A DNA stretch of 64,000 bases. It comes from Octopus sinensis. Taxonomy: Eukaryota. Positions within the stretch are counted from its first letter, which is position 1, and the number at the start of each line of letters is the position of its first letter. The translations under genes and the position numbers were made by a program. The stretch is from the NCBI RefSeq assembly GCF_006345805.1, contig NW_021835987.1, positions 124,001 through 188,000 on the forward strand, given 5' to 3'. Under the pieces are notes generated by a model, which had not been told where the DNA came from, ran no database searches, and saw only the letters and a list, made by a program, of their open reading frames with translations. Below, piece by piece: positions 54,826 through 64,000 of this stretch.

Positions 54826-55177
54826 GTTGCCTAGACGTTTTTATGTGTATGTATAGGGATATATATAGGGGTGTGATTTAGTGTATGTAGTTAGATATGG
54901 TTATATATAATTAGGTATATGTGTATGGGTGTATATATAGTTTATTATTATATTATTATTATTTTTTTTTGTTTTGTTTTATATTTTATATTTTATATTT
55001 TATATTTTATATTTTATATTTAATTGTTGATAGGTTTTTTTAGTTTATATATTGATTATATATGGATTATATATAGGTTATATATGGATTATATAATTAT
55101 ATTTTTTCATTCATACTTTAATTATTTTAAAATTATTATTTTTATATTTTAAAATATTGATTTTTTAGATTGGAAGT

Positions 55178-55220
55178 CCACCTGAAGATTGTCGATCAAG
55201 ACAAGAAACGATTGTAGTGG
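55178..55220 (+). ncRNA. Minimal type I hammerhead ribozyme motif
   Basis: CCAC-CTGAAGA-TTGTC-gatcaa-GACAA-GAAA-CGATTG-TA-GTGG; all core nucleotides present. Confidence 0.75.
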
Positions 55221-55306
55221 CGGTTTTTTTGACTATTTATTAAAATTTTATGTATTGATTAAGTCTTTCCTTGTTTGTTTTGCAAATAGTGGTTTTGTCT
55301 CTAATA

Positions 55307-55375
<69 letters not shown>

Positions 55376-57445
55376 ATATATATACATATAAAAGTTGTGT
55401 GTATGTGTGCGTGTGTGTAGATATTTGAGGACTTGTCTCTGTATTGTGCGAAAACTGCCAGCAAATGAAGATTATCTGAACTATCTATACTACAATGGAG
55501 AAAACCTCTTATTAATTAGGCATGTGACGATAATTAAAGTACTAAAAAAACGCAATTATTAAAGGGCTAACTGTCTGGAAATATTTTTGAAGAAATTTCC
55601 TATAACTTCCATTTCTCAAGTTTCTTGAAGTATATTTCAACTCTCATTTCTCGCAAATTTAAATATTCATTACATTCACTGTGTCCAGTTAATCACAAAT
55701 TAAAATATTCTTTGCATTCCCTGCGTCCAATTAATCACAAATTTAAGTATTCTTTGCATTGACTGAAGAGTATTCTATTCTCATTTGCAATGCCTCTCAC
55801 TTACTATTTTAAATTTTTATTTGCTATTTGGAAAACCGACAGTTTATTCTATTAATATAATGCGTAATTTATTATTTATTGAATGCAAATTTTTAAAATA
55901 CCCGTATAATTTTTGAATGTGGGATAGCTCTGAGAAGAACCTCGAAATTTGGCTTATTACTATTAGAAGACAAGAAGAAAACATTTTCCGACAAATACTC
56001 GAAACCTGTACCTTATTCACGGTTTCCCAATACTCTGTTCCACTAAACCAATATTTACCCAAGTTGGCGGCGAGCTGGCAGAACCGTTAACAGGGCGGGC
56101 GAAATGCGTAGCCATATTTTGTCTGCCGCTACGTTCTGAGTTCAAATTCCGCCGAGGTAGATTTTGCCTTTCATCCTTTCGGGGTGGATTAAATAAGTAC
56201 TAGTTACGCACTGGGGTCGATATAATGGACTCAGTCCGATTGTCTGTCCTTGTTTGTCTCCTCTATGTTTAGCCCCTTGTGGGTAGTAAAGAAATAAGGT
56301 ATTTCGTCTGCCGCTACGTTCTGAGTTCAAATTCCGCTGAGGTCGACTTTGCCTTTCATCCTTTCGGGGTCGATTAAATAAGTACCAGTTATGCACTGGG
56401 TCGATATAATCGACTTAATCCGTTTGTCTGTCCTTGTTTGTCCCCTCTGTGTTTAGCCCCTTGTGGGTAGTAAAGAAATAGGTACTACTTAAATACAGGT
56501 GTTACGTACAAAACATTTTAAATGTACGCTGTGTGGATGGGTAATGACTCCCTAACTCTAACTAACTCCAAAAACTGGCGCTAACCTTAACCCTATAAAC
56601 GAACTCTAACCCCCACCCCTTAATTTCGTAACGTAGATACAACGGGACCTCTTTGAGGGAAGAAATTAATTAATGTGGTGGCATGATAGTGGTGGTAGCC
56701 TGTTGGTAGTGGTGTTAGTAGTGTTATTGGTGATGCGATGTTGTAGGATGGTAGATGTAGTGCTGGTCATAGTGTTAGTGGTAGTTTTGTCAATGTTACA
56801 GTTATTGTTGTGGTTGTGGTCATGGTGAAAGATATTAATGATGATATCGAAGTTGAGTTTATAGTTGTGCAATATTTTAGCTGTATAGGTGGTATCCTGT
56901 TGGTAGTGATGGTAGATTAGTAGTAGTAGTAGTAGTAGCAGTAGTAGCAGCAGTAGTAGTAGTAGTAGTAGTAGTAGTAGCAGCAGCAGCAGTAGTAGTT
57001 ATTGGTAGGGCTGCTGTTGAAAGACGAGGAGAAATAAATCATACGAAGAATTATAGTCAACAAAACATATGCAGGTTTTTTTACATATACATATATACAC
57101 GGTAAATTACACACACACACGCACACACGCCCGTACGGGCAAGCACGCGCAATCACACACACACACACACAAAAGCATACACACTAACATACACACACAT
57201 ATACACAAACAAACACATATACTTTTATCCTTTTATTCTATTACTAGTTTCAGTCATTTGACTGCAGCCATGCTGGAGCACCGCCTTTTAGTTGAGCAAA
57301 TCGACCCCGGGACTTATTCTTTGTAAGCCCAGTACTTATTCTATCGGTCTCTTTTGTCGAACCGCTAAGTGACGGGGACGTAAACACACCAGCATCGGTT
57401 GTCAAGCAATGCTAGGGGGACAAACACAGACACACAAACACACAC

Positions 57446-57489
<44 letters not shown>

Positions 57490-57811
57490 CTTAAAGACTC
57501 CGCCGGTTACGACGACGAGGGTCCCAGCTGATACGATCAACGGAACAGCTTGCTCGTGAAATTAACGTGAAAATGGCTGAGCATTCCACAGACACGTGTA
57601 CCCTTAACGTAGTTCTCGGGGATAATCAACGTGACACAGAGAGTGACAAGGCTGACCCTTTGAAATACAAGTACAACTCATTTTTGCCAGCTGAGTGGAC
57701 TGGAGCAACGTGAAATAAAGTGTCTTGCTCAAGGACATAATGCGTCGCCGGGAATCGAACTCACAACCTTACGATCATGAGCCGAATGCCCTATCCACTA
57801 AGCCACGCGCC

Positions 57812-58034
<223 letters not shown>

Positions 58035-60210
58035 GACAGGCTTCTTTCAGTTTCCGTCTACCAAATCCACTCTCAAGGATTTGGTCTGCCCGAAGCAAAA
58101 GTGGAAGATACTTGCCCAAGGTGCCACGCAGTGGGACTGAATCCGGAACCATGTGGTTGGTTAGCAAGCTACTTACCACACAGCCACTCCTGCGCCTAGA
58201 TGATATAAACGTGCATGTATATACATGAAGAGGGTATCTTGAAAAAGTCGAATGGGGAAACGTTAAGCGTTGTAACCCTAGATATATTAACCTGAATATG
58301 AATGTGGTAGTCACATTTGGTATGTCTTTTATTAGTGGTCTTCGGTACCAAGGATCACTTGACACTAAACAACATCAACAGTCAAAAGCTGAATAACACA
58401 GAAGATCTGCTATTGATATAAATACATGTCACGTAATGTATAAGATATAAACGTATACTGTACAAGTTATAATGCAATATCTGGGCATATTTAAGTTTGG
58501 AATGAAGTAAGAGTGAAGGGTCTCGAAATCCCACGATCTGTACCTATGGCTTGGAGTATGATATCCCTAAAAGGAGATAGATTTCATAGCAATAGCTATG
58601 ACGTCAGAAGATAAAATGATCTGTGATACAACAAATAAATAATATAGGGTCTCCCTCATATACAGAATATTTAATAGACGGTACGAATGTTTTATGAAAA
58701 AAGTATCACAGATGGGAATCTGATGGGGTATTATAGATGAAGTAAATTAATATTAAACGGGGTTGAATTAAATAAATTACTGTGGTAAATATCAGTAAGC
58801 ACCGCCTGGAAATAAGTGATAGTTCATAATAATCTCAACTACACACTAATATATTAACTTGACTGGTGAGAAAGCAAGAAAAATGATTGTCAATTAAAGA
58901 CATCACCGATAATCTGATGGAGAAAGATAGCCTTTCCTAAAATTACAATGGACAGAGGCCTCCATGTTTCAGGTGACAGGTAGAGTATGAATTTTAAGGG
59001 AAATATGTATAATAACATGAAATAAGGATGAAATAAATCGCTTAGGATATTACATCCTAGGGCTAAATAATTTGATTTTAACTGTAAAAACGTGTGTTGG
59101 ATACAACATTGTAAAATAAATAGAAACAAAGCAAGAGTAGACATGACGACAAAATCAAATGAAAAAGAAATGAATTTTATAACCGAAGCAAATTGTGAAG
59201 TTAAACTGTTTGTATTATGCAAACAACATCCCAGAGCTTCAGACAACAAACTTGCAAAATAAACAATTGATTTTATTATAACAATACAAGTTTAAGCGTT
59301 CCTCTTTCCTTTTCTTTGTACCATTGTATGTTTTGTGTTAATGAACTGGAAAAGACAGGTTTCACTTTTAAACAATACGATTGTTGTCCGGAGAATATAA
59401 AAATAATAACTCTATAATCGATATTGATTAGAGAAAGATTATGCATAATACTTACATCATGTAACTTAACTTTAAAGGTTTTTGAATTTTTGCATTTCGA
59501 TGGGGGAAGAAAGCACCAAAAATCTGCCAGTAGTAGAGAGAGAAAGAGATAGAGAGAAATGTATGTATACATCCACACCCACCCACCCACACACACACAC
59601 ATAATATGTTGTGTAAGATAGAAGTTAGAGGTAATATAACCATCTACAGGATAGGCGCAGGAGTGGCTGTGTGGTAAGTAGCTTGCTAACCAACCACATG
59701 GTCCTGGGTTCAGTCCCACTGCGTGGCATCTTGGGTAAGTGTCTTTTGCTATAGCCTCTGTGTTTGTCCCCCTAGCATTGTTTGACAACCGATGCTGGTG
59801 TGTTTATGTCCCCGTCACTTTCAAAGAATAAATCCCGGGGTCGATTTGCTCGACTAAAGTCGGTACTCCAGCATGGCCGCAGTCAATTGACTGAAACCAG
59901 TAAAAGAGTAAAAGAGAGGATAGATGTATCCAAAGGCGCTCCTGGTAATACCTCAGTATGTATGACACTTGTTATAAGGTATACGGTAGTAGGTAATTTA
60001 AAAGGTAAAACCGTGATTTATATATATATATAAAAACGATAAGAAAGGGAACAATAATAACAGTTAGAAGTAGATCAGGGAAAAATAGATGTAAAATGTT
60101 AGTTGATTCAATAGTCTTAAATTTCAGTGAGGTCCATAATTCCATGTATCAGTTTTCCTTTCCTTTCCTTATATCTTCTTCCTACTGCCTTCTATTTATC
60201 TTTGCCATAT

Positions 60211-60296
60211 AATCCTTCTGATGATGTCTGTCAATTGCAACGAGATAACTGTACGTTTACCCCAGCTTGATACACTGAAACAGCTGTAAGCAGATT
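60211..60296 (+). ncRNA. Degenerate hammerhead motif (copies at 4236-4321 and 24565-24649 on minus)
   Basis: CTGATGA...GAAA-CAGCTG-TA-AGCAGATT; stems I and II partly mismatched. Confidence 0.5.
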
Positions 60297-60579
60297 CTCA
60301 TCGTTATTAAATGATTTTAAAACACACATGATGTACCGCTAACAGTTATTGCTCCATTTCATATCGTTTATATATATATATATATATATATTTATGAATA
60401 AATGATATAAATATTTATATTTAACATTCACTATTGGTATCCCTACTCTTTCTGTTAGCTACTTATGATGTCATATCATATAACGTTTTTTTAAACAATG
60501 TTAATAGAGTTCTGTCAATAGTTATACAAATCCATCATTTTTTTGCTAAAATGTCTTATTGACGAGTTTCGTTTTTTTC

Positions 60580-60665
60580 ACTTTCCTGAAGAGAAGATTG
60601 CATTGTTTATACCATTTATTCTTTTGAATAGTATCAGTGGAATTTTCGAAACTTGTGTCGAAAGT
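60580..60665 (+). ncRNA. Type I hammerhead ribozyme motif (GUC site), copy 3 of 3
   Basis: ACTTTC-CTGAAGA-GAAGATT...AATTTTC-GAAA-CTTGTG-TC-GAAAGT. Confidence 0.7.
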
Positions 60666-60867
60666 AAAAATATGTGATTTACCCCTGCGTTAAACTCCAT
60701 TTATTTATTCATATATTATTTAAAATATTCCACGTAAACACGAAGTTTCTACCTCTATAAACAAGGAGTTACAACCTCTTTACTTGTGAGATTTATGCTA
60801 CTCTGGTAACTATTTATTTATTTTTTCCGTGTTAATTGTTAACAAGGTAAAAATACACTCATCTATT

Positions 60868-60925
<58 letters not shown>

Positions 60926-62289
60926 GGGAGAGAGAGGGGGGAGAGAGAGTGTGATTGACAGAGAGAGAGAGAGACAATGAGAGAATGAGAAAGAGGTAGA
61001 GACAAAAAGGCAGACAGAGAACGAAAAGATGTTGAAATTTTGCTTGGAACACCCGCGGGCTATCGGAAGGTGAATGTAAGTGGAGTGGTAAAGTGGACTG
61101 GTGGAGGTGAGAGGGTACTGAGAAGAAGAACATGTGAAAGGGGATTGGACAATGGAGGAGAAGAGGGGAGGACATAATGAGAGATAATTACGTGTTTGTG
61201 AAGAAGGATATAATTTGAAGAATCGTAATCTACGATGTCCGTTGCAGACACACTCGATGCAACATTTAACACAAAGAGAAAGAAAAAAGCAAAGCAGTAA
61301 CGTATTTTACAGCATAGAATCCGACAAAGTGAATGGCATAATCATGTAGTGTAAGCATTTAAACATCGTCTCTATCTTCCGAAATCTTACAGCATTTCAC
61401 ATAGAAATTTCCTTTTGGTTCCAAAGTCGTCTTGGTGTATAAGTCGACCTACAATTTGGGGTATGAATTTTGATTTCAAAAATTCTACTCGCTTTGGGCG
61501 ATAGACGACACTTTAGAGGACAGGGGCTTTCTGTCACTCTACACTCTGACCTCGCTGAGTTCCCTTCTTTTGATAGATATTCGATGTCCTGCCATATATC
61601 TTGAAGGCAAACACTGGCTAATTTCATGATGTGCTGTATGTGTTTCTAGCAGCTACCGCTAGGGTATTAACAGTTGCAGGCACAAGATCTGCCCTTCTCC
61701 TCTCGATTTTGCTAAACGGAGTAACTACGCTACCATCACTACCAACCACCACCTATACAGCTAAAATATGGCACAAATACAAACTCAACTTCGATATCAT
61801 CATTAATATCTTTCACCACCACAACCACTACCATAACAACAACCACAACAATAACTGTAACATTGACAGAACTACAACCACCACTATCACCAGCACTACA
61901 TCTTCCATCCTACAACATCGCATCACCAATAACACTATTAACACCACTACCACCACTACCAACAGGCTACCACCACTATCACGCCACCACATTAATATAA
62001 ACCACTGTATCCACTTACCACCACCCATACCATTTTTGCAAAATTAACACCATAAATATCAACACTGCTGTAATGATATCCTTAAAACATCACCACAATC
62101 ATCATCACCAACACAATGCAACATCCCTATCAACGCCCCATTAAAATCTCCACTGGAAAGCAACAATCACTACTACTAACTCTACTGCAACTACTACTAC
62201 AACCAACGACCACCACCAAGGCCGTCACCAAGAACAACAAAATAACAACACCTACGCCTTCTAATGATTCAAGTCTGTTCAGAGAAGTC

Positions 62290-63060
62290 ATTCTGTAAAC
62301 ATTGGCTTGTTATAAATCGAATGTAGTTTCACTTCGACGGAGACGTCTTGCGCATCAGACTCGAAGCAAGAGAGCAGTAACGACCGTAGTGGACGGTGGA
62401 GACATCTGTGAAGATTAAGTAATAGTTGAAATCATTATTGAACAATTTAAATATTTGCAGACATTCCTTGGTAGTTCAGTGGCATCAGTTGATAGTACCG
62501 ACAACAGTGGACAGTGGTTAACGTTTTCAAACACAGTTGTTAGTGTAATCAGTAACAAAGGTAAGTTTTGTTTCGTTATATTCTGCTATGTGTTGGGACC
62601 TCAATGTTGCTCTTCTGCTTTCAACTATGACGGGGTAGATCCCAGTAATGTCATTGTACTTAGATCAGTTCAATGATTTTGCTTCAATGGTTTTGCCTCA
62701 AAAATAAGTTCTTTGTACCACATGTATTTAGTTATAACTTATTTAATAACCAGAAGTTTTAGTCAATATCTGAAGATCATTTATTCATAATCCACCTAAT
62801 GTTAGAATTTTAATAAATATACTGTAACCTAATCAAAGGTCTAGTGTTCTGATTTCGAATCTCAACAACCAAATTGAACATCATTGTAAAAGGTACCAAA
62901 TATCTCATCCTCTCCATCTAGTGTAAGGACCTAGCGTTGTAAGATTTCAAAGGCCTACATCCTTTCAGCACTGTATTAAACAATCTCAGAGATCCGAAAC
63001 CTATATTTGTGAAATGTTTATCTGATGTACCAGATGAACCCACATGGCAGCAGGGAGTAC
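62290..63060 (+). pseudogene. Highly decayed CR1/L2-like LINE ORF2 remnant
   Basis: Patchy RT-thumb-like text (FCKHWLVIN...IEQFKYL/HLGTFL) and LINE C-terminal-like text (FKGLHPFSTVLNNLRD...LSDVPDEP). The left part is copied at ~1960-2240, ~22850-23120 and ~28480-28750. Confidence 0.35.
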
Positions 63061-63240
63061 TAGTGTTCACTTGCTTAATAAGTATTTTCCTTATTCATCA
63101 CAGTCATAATCTCTCTTTTTCAAGTAAACATCACGTTAGTCCAACAACACAGAGAGAAGCAGGTTTTCAACTTTTACCTTCCCCTGAAATCAACAAAGAG
63201 ATTTCAGAAAAGCAACCCTTCTATAAGCTTTGCAGTGAGT

Positions 63241-63279
<39 letters not shown>

Positions 63280-64000
63280 GGGAGGGAGAAAACATTGCAA
63301 ACAATGAACGAAATAAACATGAAATGAAGAAATCGTATAAATAAAAGGGCGCTACTATACATTTATACGCTCCCGACTTTGTAGCCTCATGACATGCAGA
63401 ACAATGGATACTTTTTAACAAAAGTATCTATAAATACATCAAAGATGTGAATTCAGAGTATATAGGGATTTAATGGAGAATTTGTTCCGATGGGATGGAG
63501 AGAGGAGTTTTGGAAAATTCACACGATCTTGACATTTTTCCCTCAAAGAGGTCCCGATGTATCTACGTTACGAAATGAAGGGGTGGGGGTTGGGGTTCGT
63601 TTTTAGGGTTAATGTTAGCGCCAGTTTTTGGGGTTAGTTAGAGTTAGAGAGTCATTACCCGTCCACACAGCGCACATTTAAAATGTTTTGTACGTAACAC
63701 CTGTATTTAAGTAGTACCTATTTCTTTACTACCCACAAGGGGCTAAACATAGAGGGGACAAAAAAGGACAGACAAACGGATTAAGTCGATTATATCGACG
63801 CCAGTGCGTAACTGGTACTTATTTAATCGACCCCGAAAGGATGAAAGGATAAGTCGACCTCGGCGGAATTTGAACTCAGCACGTAACGACAGACGAGTAT
63901 TTAAGTTGTACCCGTTAAGGGGCCTCTCTATTTAAGAAGTAGCAGTTTCACTTCAACATTGAAATTTCATTTGTGTCGATGCAGCACGAAGTCTTGCCAG

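Noticed and set aside
58890-59790. Apparent mosaic similarity of this copy to copy 1 and copy 2, suggesting gene conversion
   Set aside because: With three copies, private mutations in each produce the same pattern; this needs a formal recombination test.
62461-62560. Exon-like segment (TTTGCAG acceptor, 100 nt open frame, GTAAGT donor)
   Set aside because: The acceptor AG is absent in three other copies, an in-frame TAA lies just upstream, and the text fits a decayed LINE RT (EQFK[Y/H]LG) better than a host exon.

Overview
AT-rich, microsatellite- and retroelement-dense animal genomic DNA. The SINE types and the (TA)n/(TAA)n/(TACA)n load suggest an octopod cephalopod; this is inference, not a database match. 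The ORF track misses the main feature: two intact, head-to-head, 5-coding-exon paralogues of an uncharacterised secreted protein. Gene A is on the minus strand (20386->9207, 282 aa) and gene B on the plus strand (35658->47216, 285 aa). Each has a signal peptide, a degenerate PAN/apple-like segment and a ~180-aa four-Cys C-terminal domain. By hand count they differ at 38 amino-acid codons versus only 3 purely synonymous codons; exon 4 is ~14% divergent against ~4.6% for the adjacent intron, which suggests diversifying selection. The genes lie in a very large inverted segmental duplication (~1.9-23.7 kb vs ~27.9-62.6 kb) superimposed on a ~20.9-kb direct-repeat unit, and the flanks predict further copies just outside the window. 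After duplication each arm acquired different mobile elements: an ORF1-only L1/Tx1-like element, an 8-bp-TSD foldback element, an R4/Dong-like LINE fragment, Penelope-like elements and SINEs. Several distinct type I hammerhead ribozyme motifs occur in Penelope-derived repeats. Most short ORFs in the track are microsatellite or SINE artefacts. Boundaries of repeats and decayed elements are approximate; all counts were done by eye.
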